A stretch of 64,000 nucleotides of DNA from Octopus vulgaris (lineage: Eukaryota): positions 30,380,001 to 30,444,000 of the forward strand of contig OX597836.1 in assembly GCA_951406725.2 (NCBI GenBank), read 5' to 3'. Numbering within the stretch: position 1 is the first letter of the stretch; each line of letters begins with the position of its first letter. The translations under genes and the position numbers were made by a program. The notes beneath the pieces are model-generated. The model searched no databases. It worked only from the letters and a program-made list of their open reading frames with translations, and had not been told where the DNA came from. Shown here in pieces: positions 11,002 to 22,173 of the stretch.

Positions 11002-11582
11002 TACACATACACTCATACATATATACAGACACCACTCTCGTATAAAACAAAGCTGATTTGATTTTTAGCACCAGAGACAAATCTGGAATGTCTGGAATAT
11101 GTTCTGAAGAGTAATTCTCTTTGGTACATCATTATTTAACGATACAATAGCACATGTACACTTATGTATATAAAGCATATGTGAAGCGTATATACTATCA
11201 AATGAGAATTGATGATGAAACTAAAAAGTGAATTATGAAACAGCTGTAAATATGTGGAATTAATTCTCCTTTGCCGCTCGCTTCTCCTGGATTTCAATTT
11301 TGATATGTCTTGGAGTGTTGAAAGGTAAAGGAACCTTTGGGAAAGATTTGAACTTGAAATACAAAGTGCTGGCCGGTACAAGTCTCAGGTGGGTTGATAT
11401 CAGAAGGATAGAAGGAACTACTAAGTGTCGAAATAGATTGACTTGAAGTAGATAAAATGAATTAGTAAATTAATTATGCCCTAAAAAGAGTTCACAAATA
11501 CAATTAATATCTATACACATTATACAAATCATTAAAACAAGCTCACTACTTTCATTTGACTGTATGTGTGTATATATATATA

Positions 11583-11902
11583 TCACATGATCACGTGACC
11601 GACCAGGCTATCAGATGTTGCTACACATCGCTGGTCACAATGCGTTCGCATTGTTTTAGCCTTTGAATGAGACGCCACCCCGCTGGCTAAGCGAGCAGGC
11701 CAACAGAAGAAAGAGTGAAAGAAAGAGTGGTGAAAGAGTGGTGAAAGAGTACAGCAGGGATCACCACACCCTGCCGGAGCCTCGTGGAGCTTTTTTAGGT
11801 GTTTTCGCTCAATAAACACACACAATGCCCAGTCTGGGAATCGAAACTGCGATCCTATGACCGCGAGTCTGCTGCCCTAACCACTGGGCCATTGCACCTC
11901 CA
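11583..11902 (-). mobile_element. tRNA-headed SINE family D, young copy
   Basis: Minus-strand head GGTGCAATGGCCCAGTGGTTAGGGCAGCAGACTCGCGGTC...GTTTCGATTCCCAG with A/B boxes; CpG-rich; tail shared with 32457-32565. Confidence 0.8.
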
Positions 11903-11903
11903 C

Positions 11904-11937
<34 letters not shown>

Positions 11938-11971
11938 TTGACTGTATGTGTGTGTGCGCATGGGCACATAA

Positions 11972-12240
11972 AGGCATGTGGCCTAGTGGCTAAGCATGTT
12001 GCACTCACAATTGTGAGATTGTGGTTTCGATTCCCAAACCAGCTGTGCATTGCGTTCTTGAGCTGAAAACTTCATTTCACATTACTCCAGTCCACTCAGC
12101 TGTAAATGGGTAACTCTGCAATCTGCAGTAATGTTGTCCTGCTCACCTAGCCAGCAGAGTGGCATCATTTGAAAGATAAAAACAATGCAAATTATCTTAT
12201 GACCAGCAATGAATAACAGCATCAGAAAATCTGGTTGATC
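11972..12240 (+). mobile_element. SINE family D-like, older copy, head-to-head with 11583-11902
   Basis: GGCCTAGTGG...GGTTTCGATTCCC head; TCATTTGAA...AAAACAATGC...GACCAGC tail. Confidence 0.65.
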
Positions 12241-13491
12241 ACACACACACACACATACATATATGTATGGTATTTTATCTCTAACAAGATCTGAAAGTGA
12301 TAGGGTAGATTATTTTTCTTTTCTTTTTTTTCTGTCAATGGTGGCCAAAGACAGACACGCACAATATGCTTCTTTCAGTATCCATGCCCCAAATCCACCC
12401 AAAAGGCTTTGGTTAGCCTGGAAGTATAGTGGAAGATACTTGCCCAAGGTGCCATGCAGTGGGGCTAAACCTGGAACCCTGCAGCTGAGAAGTAAACTTC
12501 TTACCACACAGCCATGCCTGCATCTGTTTCCTCATAGTCTATCAGAGTTTTGGAAGAAGGACGGTGAATTATCTTCAATATTTTGATCAGCTTCAGTCGC
12601 TCCTAATTGTTTTTGGATGGTAATTAAATGGTAATTGCAAACATACATCACAAACAACTGAAGAAGCCTGAATACGGTTGCTTTATTCGTTAAAAATAGT
12701 CACTAAATCCTCCTCAAATTACACCCTACCAACTTCAAAATTAAAAGGATGGACATGTTAGATAATGTAGTCTTAGATCAACTATGTCTTGAAAAGACAG
12801 ACAATCACGACTAGACTGCCGTTGATCAAAAGTTCTGAAAGACTAAGGGTAAGCTGCGGATAAACAACAATAACAACAACAACAACAACAATAACACATG
12901 AACAGCAACTAAAAATTAAAACCTTTGATCTGTGTTGAATGTTCATACGCCACATAATTGATTACTGATAATATCAAATCAATAGGCTTTTCTATTGACT
13001 TTGTTGTAAACAAGAACAGCAATCTGTTCAGTAAAGGTAAAAAAAAAAAAGAAGTCTTTATTGCACATTGGAGTGATTAAAATACTTTTTCTTGTCAATA
13101 TATCATGCATTCTATGAATAAAAACATCTGTGGTAACAAGTTTCCAACAGATTTATCACTGGTTTGCAGTATTTCGGATAGTGAGAACGATGAGGGAGTG
13201 TTCATGTAAGCCAGGCAGAATACTGCAAGGTGTTTTTGTTTGAATGCACCAGTTTGCCAGTTTTCTCACTGATCTGTATAACAATGAAATGTGCACTCAT
13301 GCATGCACACACACACACACACACACACACTACCAAATATTAAGTACCCCAAAAACACGATGAATGAAGCATAAAGGGGCTTTGTCTTCTATAAAATAAA
13401 CATTTACAGAATGATCATGCCATTTTGTTAACACATTTCAGAATGTCAAGTTAGAGAATGAAACAAAGATGAAATGTGAAATGTGTGTGAG

Positions 13492-13522
<31 letters not shown>

Positions 13523-13547
13523 GTGTGTATATATGTATGTATAATGA

Positions 13548-13856
13548 AGGCACATGGCTTTGTGGTTAGGGTGTTGCACTCACGATTGCAAGATGGTGGT
13601 TTCGATTCCCTGACCAAGTACTGTATTGTGTTCTTGAGCAAAACACTTCACTTCACTTCACATTACTGTGCAATAATTTTGTCGTCTGGCATGTTGCACA
13701 TTATGCACCTGTACAGGTAATGTCAATTTGATGGGGGGAGGGGAGTGAGTTTATGCGAACGCAAACACTTGACCACTATAAACAAATCAACTGTGTGGTT
13801 GTTTATAAAGACATTGCAGAACCCTCAGATGACATCTAACAACAGGAGAGTCCATG

Positions 13857-13860
<4 letters not shown>
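13548..13860 (+). mobile_element. tRNA-headed SINE (D-related)
   Basis: GGCACATGGCTTTGTGGTTAGGGTGTTGCACTCACG...GGTTTCGATTCCC...CTTGAGCAAAACACTTCA. Confidence 0.6.
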
Positions 13861-13911
<51 letters not shown>

Positions 13912-14040
13912 CCAAGGCTACTGAAGTTACTACAGCTGGCAAAAGCACCTTGTGCCTTGATTACAGCCACTGAAATGCTCATGAAAATTGGTTTACAATA
14001 GTAAATGAAAATGGAATGACTGCCTTTAATGTGGTAAATA

Positions 14041-14251
14041 CTTTGACCGGCTGAATCTGGCTCTGAGTACAAAATGTCTTGCTTTCATAAGCTTTGAATT
14101 AAAATCTTCCACCAAACCTTAGTCACAATTTATGTTCTTAACACGAGCTGAATGATAACTAAGTTGTTTTACTAAATTCTTTGTTATATTTAAAGTAATT
14201 GAAAGAAAACACAGAGCATCTCAAAATAAATACAGTAAACGAAAGGGTTAA
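14041..14251. mobile_element. piggyBac-type MITE, one end damaged
   Basis: Ends GAAAGGG-TTAA; inverted relative to 14544-14765. Confidence 0.75.
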
Positions 14252-14543
14252 AGAAAATATTTCAAAGTGTTAGTCTGTCTGCACTTGTGTTATTTTAACC
14301 CTAAATCCATGCTCATTTCTTTATGAGAATCCAATGATTATGCCCAAGGATCTACAACACCAAGTGACAATAAGGTAAATCCATAATTTCTTAGTGGATG
14401 AATTAAAGATCTATACCTGAAATATTTACAATACTGAGAAGAGCTGAATTTAATCACAGCATTTTCTGTTTATATATAAAGAGAATTTGGCCTAACGAAA
14501 CGCTCATATCTCATAATTCCACGTGGAAAAAAATGTACCTTAA

Positions 14544-14765
14544 CCCTTTCGTTACTTTATTTATTTAGAGATGTTCTGTGTTTCTTTCAATTACTTTAAA
14601 TATAGCAAAGAATTTAGTAAAATAACTTAGTTATCATTCAGCTTGTATTAGGAACATAAATTGTGACTAAGGTTTGGTGGAAGATTTTAATTAAAGCCTT
14701 AAGAAAACAAGACATTTGTACAACAGAGCCAGAGCCGGTTTCTGGCCGGGTTGGTAACAAAAGGG
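14544..14765. mobile_element. piggyBac-type MITE (~220 bp)
   Basis: TTAA TSD on both sides; TIR CCCTTTCGTTAC / GTAACAAAAGGG. Confidence 0.85.
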
Positions 14766-15555
14766 TTAAACCCAAACCTTTTCATCAATGGTCTCTGTAT
14801 TTCCTTAGTTTTGCACAATTAGTGCTACAAACACCAAGAGCATTGATGAAAATATATCATACAAAGATGAAAAAAAGATAGAGCAACCGAAGAATTTGTA
14901 ATCAGCCTTTTCCTCTTACAAGTCAATATCCCACAACGCAATTGTAGTACCTGTACTGATACCAATATGAGGAATACTTGACTAAATCCTGATATTGACT
15001 ACAAACGTCCACAGAAATAGTGGCATTAAGTTACCATCTCAACAAAAGAAAGAGGGAGGAAGAGGTTTAAGGTCAGTGCATGCATTCTTTGAGTACCATA
15101 TGATATTCAGACAGCATTTGCTAAATAATCCTTTCTACTATAGGGACAAAACTTGAAATTTTAGAGGAGAGGGTAAGTCAATTCTACTGATCCAAGTGCT
15201 CAACTGGTACTTTTTTCACTGACCGCAAAAAAGAGGAAAGACAAAAGACAAAGTCAACCTCTGTGGAACTTGAACTCAGAACTTAAAGCGGAAAGAAATG
15301 CTGCTAAGCATCTTGTCCAGCATGCAAATGATTCTGCAGCAAAAATAAACACATCAACCAAGTGCTGAAAAATGAAGTGAACAATATCCTGCAGATTAAT
15401 AGTGAACTCCTCCAGAAGCACTCACTCACTAATGACTTCTCATCTAAACCCAAAAGGCATAGCTCGTTAAAGACAGGAAAGAGAAAAATATTGCCTACGA
15501 CAAAAAATTTTATGCATGGCTTTTTTTTCCTGTAAATTTGGAAAAGACGATAATA

Positions 15556-16130
15556 TTGGTTTCAAATTTTGGCACAAGGCCAGTAATTTTGGAAGAGGGC
15601 ATAGGTTGATTACATTGACCCCGGTGCTCAACTGATACTTATTTTATCGACTCTGAAAGGATGAAAGGCAAAGTTGACCTGGGCAGAATCAGAATGTAAG
15701 GATGAATGAAATGGAACCTACACTCGCCTCCTTATGAGAGCTCAAAATCTCTCGTGGAAGCGCCATCCAACCAAAATGCAAATATATGGGAAACTACCAC
15801 CTGTGTCATCTCTTGTGAAAGGTAGGAGAGTCCAGTTTGCTGACATTGTTGTAGAGCTGAAAAAGAGGTAATTTCTACTCTTCTCCTCTGGAAGCCATCT
15901 ACTCGCAATACCAGAGGGCGCACACTCTCCTACCCTGATGTAATCACCAGGGATACAGACATCCAGCAACAGGACCTCTGTAGTGCCATGATGGACCGTG
16001 AAGTCTGGCGTAGCATGGTAAATTCCTTTGTCTCGACCACGGTCGAACAATGATGATGATGATGATGATGAATGAAATGTCACTAAGCATTTTGCCCAGC
16101 ATAGTAATGATTCTGCCAGCTTGTCACCTT
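15556..16130 (-). mobile_element. SINE family A copy interrupted by a LINE 3' fragment
   Basis: Family A sequence lies on both sides of 15714-16066. Confidence 0.7.
15714..16066 (+). mobile_element. 5'-truncated RTE/RTE-X-like LINE, ORF2 C-terminus with (GAT)n tail
   Basis: Reads TYTRLLMRAQNLSWKRHPT...RRVQFA/HCCRAEKEVISTLLLWKP...AMMDREVWRSMV*; 13-bp TSD GATGAATGAAATG at 15701-15713 and 16067-16079. Confidence 0.85.
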
Positions 16131-16154
16131 AGTGGATGATGATAATATTAACTC

Positions 16155-16830
16155 ATGACCATCACATCATATCTCAGTGGTTACACATTTGCATTCCAAG
16201 AGCAGGAGATAGCCATGAAATATCTAATGAATAAATGTGACAGTGAAGCCCTTAAATGTTCAAGATGCAACTGTAAATGTCAATTATGCTACCCTTCTGT
16301 GGAGGATATAATACATATAATCAATAGTTGCCCAAAAATGTTATCAAGGTTATGCCTCCCACTGCTACATAATGCTGTTGCTAAAACAATATACAATGCC
16401 ACCCACAGAAAAGACTGCCCCAGGAAAAATACAAACAAGATCTCTATTATCGAACACTCAGATATATATCAACAAGGAATATCGGTGTAACATTTCTCCA
16501 AAACTTCTACCAAGTGCAAACGCAACAGGACTGATATGGTTATTTAGGACAGAAAAGAAAAATTATATATAGTCACTGAGGTTAGCTGCCCTGCAGATAT
16601 GAACATCTCTTTCAAAATAGCAAAATGGAGAATATTTATGGAGAACTGCTTCAAAACCTGCAGCTCATCTACTCTGATTATAAATTTACATTTATATGAA
16701 TAAATAAATGTGTAAGTGACATTTTGGAAAAGCTAGCATTTTCAGGCAAAGAAAAAAAGCTGCTAACACACACACTTTTCAGATACAATCTATAAAATGA
16801 AACTGTAAAATATGCAAGAGTTTGCTAAAC
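16155..16830 (+). pseudogene. Decayed RLE-type (R4/Dong-like) non-LTR retrotransposon C-terminus
   Basis: FAFQEQEI...KCQLC..SVEDIIHIINSCPK (CCHC knuckle), LHNAVAKTIY (RHN/RHD motif), then NRTDMVI..RKEK...EVSCP (PD-D/E nuclease-like); frameshifted. Confidence 0.7.
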
Positions 16831-17304
16831 TTCAACATACAACTTTATTATAATCCAAATTCAAGGAATGAAGTTTTTTTCTTTGTTATAAACCAGCTCT
16901 GTCCAGCTAAGAAAAATTCTACACATACTCCCACACATCTTAGCATTTCCAGAGAAGGCAACCAATCCAGGTTTGGTGACATGCAAAACTGCACCCAATA
17001 CACTCTGTAAAGTGGTTGGTAGACATTAGAAAAAAAAAACTGAAATGGAATGAATGAGTGAGTGAGATGTGTTACTTAACCCATCTACAGAAGCAATAAT
17101 CCCAAATAAGAACTGACATAGATCAGAACAACCTATCCAGGATGTAAATTGGACATAAGATGATGGTGTGTGTGTGTGTGTGAGTGTATACACCACACAC
17201 ACTCATCATCATTTAATGTCCATTTTCCATACTGGAATGGGTTGGATGGTTTGACAGGAGCAGACAAGTCAGAAGACTACACCAAGTTCTGCTGTTGGTT
17301 TTTC

Positions 17305-18470
17305 TTTTGACAAGGATAAAGCCTTTCACAGGGTCCCTCGTTCACTCATCCAGTAGTTGATGAGGAAGCGAGGGGTAGATAAGTGGTTAGTGAGAGCCAT
17401 ACAAGCCATGTACAGGGATGATTTCAGTAAAATGAAAGTCAGCATTGACTACAGCGACAAATTTAGGTGTTCATCAAGGATCGGTTCTTAGCTCCCTTTT
17501 GTTTATCATAGATTTCCCAGCCATAACTGAGGAATTTAAAACTGGTTGCCTGAAGGAACTTTTCTATGCTGACGATACTGTTCTTATAGCTGAATCTCTA
17601 CTAGAGTTAGAGAAGAAATTTCAGGTATGGAAGCAAGGACTGGAATCTAAGGCCTTAGAGTTAATTTAGCTAAGACTAAATTACTAGTAAGCAGAACAGT
17701 AGACAAATTATTACTCCTTTCATGGAAATGGCCCTATTCAATTTGCAGAAAAGGTGTTTTAGAAATTCCATTCAGTGTACCCAATGCAATTTATGAACAC
17801 ATAAGAAGTGCAGTGGAATCACAGGCAGGCTAACAGAGAAAGTAGCTTTTATGTGTGATAGATGTGAAGGCATGATGTACACAAAGAATGTGAAGGAAAT
17901 AGATTTCTTCAAATGTGCAAGGAAATCCTTGGAGGTAGTAGATAATTTTCATTACCTACGTGACTAAATTAGCAGCAGTGGAAGGATCTCTGAAAGCATA
18001 GTTGTGAGAACAGGGACTGGCTAGGCAAAGTTCAGAGAGCTATTACTTTCATCGGTCACAAAAGGCCTATTCCTCAGAGTGAAAGGCAAACTGTATGATG
18101 TCTATGTACAGAGAGTCATGCTCTAAGGCAGCAAAACATGGGTTGTGACTGAAGAGGACATGCTATGGCTTGAAAGAAATGAAACCGGCATGCTCTGCTG
18201 GATGTGCAATGTTAGTGTGTACATACAACAAAGTGTAAATGTTTTGAGAGAGAAATTGGATATAGATTGGATATTTGCAGCGTGCAAAAGAGAAAGAAGT
18301 ACAGTCGTGTGATGAATATGAATAAGGACAGTTGCATAAACAAGTGTTGATCTCTAAATATGGAAGAAACCTGTAGAAGAGGAAGATCCAAGAAGACATG
18401 GGATGAAGTGGTGAGAAATGATATTCAGATGACAGAGGACTGAGACAAGTGATATGCTGTGCTTGAGAAG
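17305..18470 (+). pseudogene. Decayed RTE-clade LINE: reverse transcriptase plus PHD-like finger
   Basis: DKAFHRVPR, GVHQGSVLSSLLFII, ELFYADDTVLIAES (YADD), then a Cys/His finger (ICRKGV...CTQCNL*THKKCSGI...CDRC). Confidence 0.85.
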
Positions 18471-19126
18471 ACCTGCCCAGCAAAGTCAAATCTAAGTCCA
18501 TGACCCTCTCCCTTTTCTACAAACCAACCATGCTCACTCCAACGTTTTTCACCCCAACATACCTGTGCACAATATGCCACTCTAGCTCTCTACTTTGGAA
18601 ACCTTATGAACTCACCCACCTATTCACCCTCTCCAATCTCTGGTCCATTCCACTATATATATTTCTTTACTGCCCACAAGGGGCTAAACATAGAGGGGAC
18701 AAACAGAGAGATTAAGTCGATTATATCGGCCCCAGTGTGTAACTGGTACTTTATTTATCGACCCCGAAAGGATGAAAGGCTTAATCTCTCTGTTTGTCCC
18801 CTCTATGTTTAGCCCCTTGTGGGCAATAAAGAAATATATATAGTGGAATGGACCAGAGATTGGAGAGGGTGAATAGGTGGGTGAGTTTATAAAGTTTCCA
18901 AAGTAGAGAGCTAGAGTGGCATATTGTGCACAGGTATGCTGCTGTGAAAAACGTTGGAGTGAGCATGGTTGGTTTGTAGAAGAGGGAGAGGGTCATGGAC
19001 TTAGATTTGACTTTGCTGGGCAGGTCTTCTCAAGCACAGCATATCACTTGTCTCAGTCCTCTGTCATCTCCTCTGTGAGTTTCAACATCTGAATATCATT
19101 TCTCACCACTTCATCCCATGTCTTCT
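18391..19126. repeat. Young inverted duplication, arms 18391-18716 and 18780-19126, 63-bp spacer
   Basis: Arms differ by only a few substitutions and one ~21-bp indel; the ORF track shows near-identical 71-aa peptides on opposite strands. Confidence 0.95.
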
Positions 19127-19812
19127 ATACCACCCTGTAACTTGGGTGTACAGCCTCCCTGCCCCCTCTGTCAGATTTTCACCATCTTTCTCTCCTCTCT
19201 CACTTCTCCACCTGAGGAAGCTACGTTTCTCTTCTAATGCAAAACAGCTTGCCGTCTTTCGGTACTACTGCTGACAGTTGAGGGGTCTTGTCCTGCAGGT
19301 TATCTGATGACCTCACTGCTGATCTAATGTAGTTGGCATTAGGAAGGGATCCAGCCTTAGAAACCATGCCAAAACAGAGACCCACACACACACACAAACA
19401 TGTATATAAAATGGATTTTTGCAGTTTCCATTCACTAAATTTGCCTCACAGAGCATTGGTTGACCCAAAGCTGTGGTAGTAGAGAAGACACTTGTCCAAG
19501 GTACACATAACACCATCAAATCTAGAAACCATGTGTACAAAGCTGTATCTACAAAGACTTTTAATTCGTTAGTGAAGTCAAATTACTATTTAATACATTA
19601 TGTATAGTCAAAGTCTAGTAAAAGTAATCAAAACTTAACAATTTGCAAACATGGAAGAATTATTAAAATGCTTTTCAATTATTAAATACATTAATTCGTT
19701 TTTCTAAATGTGTTAAAATATTTATTAGATTAAATTCTAAAGTGTTGTGGAAATATTTAATCAGTTTAGTTTATTGATCTATGTTTGTTTGTTTTCTTTT
19801 GTTCATACACAT

Positions 19813-19850
<38 letters not shown>

Positions 19851-20000
19851 TTATGTGTGTATATGTATATTATGTAAATAATTGCATGTGTACATACATA
19901 CACATTATATGTTTATGTACATATATATAAATAAAACACACACATACTTATATACAATTACACACACATTTATTTACATAATACTCACATATAAATACAT

Positions 20001-20090
20001 ATTTATTATTCTTCAACAAGAATGTTGTTGACTAGCTGGTCGAAACTTCAAAGTCACTGTCAACAACATTCTTGTTTAAAAATAATAAAT
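20001..20090. repeat. 32-bp inverted repeat with a 26-nt loop
   Basis: ATTTATTATTCTTCAACAAGAATGTTGTTGAC / GTCAACAACATTCTTGTTTAAAAATAATAAAT, 2 mismatches. Confidence 0.85.
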
Positions 20091-20537
20091 TTGTACTCTA
20101 CAAAAGTATAGAGTAACCAATCAGTTTCAGGTAAAATTGTTTTTATTATAACTGAACATAAAACAAGCATAAATATTAATATATAAATACACACACATAC
20201 ACATATACATACATGCATAAAATGTATCTTCTTTGGAATATCTGAAAGCATGCACATGAAGCTATAAAGAATACGGTTGTAAAACCCTTTTGGATAGAAA
20301 AATTTGAAGGCCTTCAACTTTTTTTTTAATCCAAAAAGGATTTTCAACACAATATTTACACACTATTATTTCTAGCTTTATATGCGTGCTTCGAGATATT
20401 CCAAAAAAGAATCATTTAGCATTTTCTTGAAAGCTTATAAAATTCTTATGACATTAACATATATATATATATGACGCCATGATAGATCGTTAGCTACTAC
20501 ACGCATTTTTTTTTCTCTCCTTGTATTTTTCTGTGTA

Positions 20538-20575
20538 TCTTTCTGTGGAAGAGCATAGGCTCAAAACGTAAAAGA
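20538..20575 (+). ncRNA. Degenerate minimal hammerhead motif within a short interspersed element (~20473-20667)
   Basis: TCTTT-CTGTGGA-A-GAGC(ATAG)GCTC-AAAAC-GTA-AAAGA: all three stems intact, two core substitutions. Confidence 0.55.
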
Positions 20576-20663
20576 CTTTTTCTATTCCTGAGCGCTATAC
20601 TAATACATTTGTTTGTTTGTACACCACCTGCCTTCGTCTTTTGTTTATTTTCGTAAACTTTCC

Positions 20664-20707
<44 letters not shown>

Positions 20708-22134
20708 CACACACACTAGTTATTTATATGAATGAGTGAAGAAATGAAAGGATGTAGCACTCAACATATTTGTTAGAGTTATCTGTATGTTAACACAATG
20801 TGGCATAGCTACACATTAATGCTTTGTGGTTAAAGGACATGTCCACTATGCCAGATGCTTGGAGACAGTATAGAGAATATCAAATAAATTCAAAAGGGCA
20901 TCTTGGTGTTTGGGCTTCCATTGGTCAGCTCAGGCCACATGGTCATAATGCTATGAAAGTAACATCACATCATCCGACACTATACAGGCTCAACAGTCAA
21001 TGACTTTAGTGAAGATAATCGTTTTAACGTTCACTTTTCCATGCTTGCATGGATCAGACAAAGTTCTAACGAGGCAGATTTTCTATCATCAGATTCTCTT
21101 CCTGTTGCCAATTCCTTCCTATTTTCCAAATAAAGTCATATTTACTTATGGCCAAACATGTCCTTGCAGACTATTGGAAATGAATGACACTGCTTGTTTG
21201 ACTGTGACAATCATTTTACAAACTATCATGCAATGTCAAGACAAGGAGACTCAAACATACACACACACACACACATAAAACAAGCTTCTTCCAGTTTCTG
21301 TCTACTAAATACACATACAGTCAACCCATGACAATAGTAGAAGACACTTGCCCAAAGTGGCACACAGTGGGACAGAAAGTATACACAACAAATGCACTAC
21401 CATCCATGTAGACCATGACAGGGTTTGAACTCAGAATACAAGGCGCCAGAACAAATACTGCAAGACATCTGTTAAAGACTGTCAATCCACTATCCTAAGC
21501 CAGTAGTCTATTTGTTAGAAAGATGAAATGTAAAATTCACCTGAGTGAGATTTGAACTCAGAATGCAAGAAACCAGAGTAAACCTTTTGTCCGATGCTCT
21601 AATAACTCTGCCAGACCACTGCCTGTTGTCTAGTGAAACAATTGTTTTCTTGGCTGTAAATCATATCTATATTTCCTTTCTAATTTTGCTGTCAGGTTTA
21701 ATATGTTTTATAAAACTTAATTGAGAGTGCCACTAACTATAGCACAGAGAAACTACACTTCAAAAGACAAAAGATATGTATAGAAAAGAAACTCTGTGAA
21801 GTTTCTTTTTCTTTTTTTCTATCTCATTATTAGATTAAAGATTCGCAAACGTAATTTCACCACTAAGTAGTATATAAATAAAATAGCCAACTGAAAGTCT
21901 AAATTAGTGATATTTTACTTTATATAGATATTTCAAACACATATGTTGGCTCTTAGTTTATACTTCTTACTTGTATTCTCCATAATTTACCGCTACAGTA
22001 AATTGTGTAGTATACATGCTTCTGTGAGTTGTATTTACTTCAATCAGTTTCCCAGATTGACAATTACATCTTTATTGATACCTTCTAACCCATGCCAGCA
22101 TGGAAAGCAGACATTAAATGATGATGATGATATA

Positions 22135-22173
<39 letters not shown>

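Noticed and set aside
11825-11902. tRNA gene-like sequence, likewise 7864-7930 and the family A/B heads
   Set aside because: A/B boxes are present but there is no complete cloverleaf or acceptor stem; each continues into a SINE body.
19209-19252. CTGAGGA...AAAACAGCTTG hammerhead-like string; similar weak strings near 29274, 39415, 41146(-), 59630(-) and 62873
   Set aside because: The core or stems are too degraded to support a fold.
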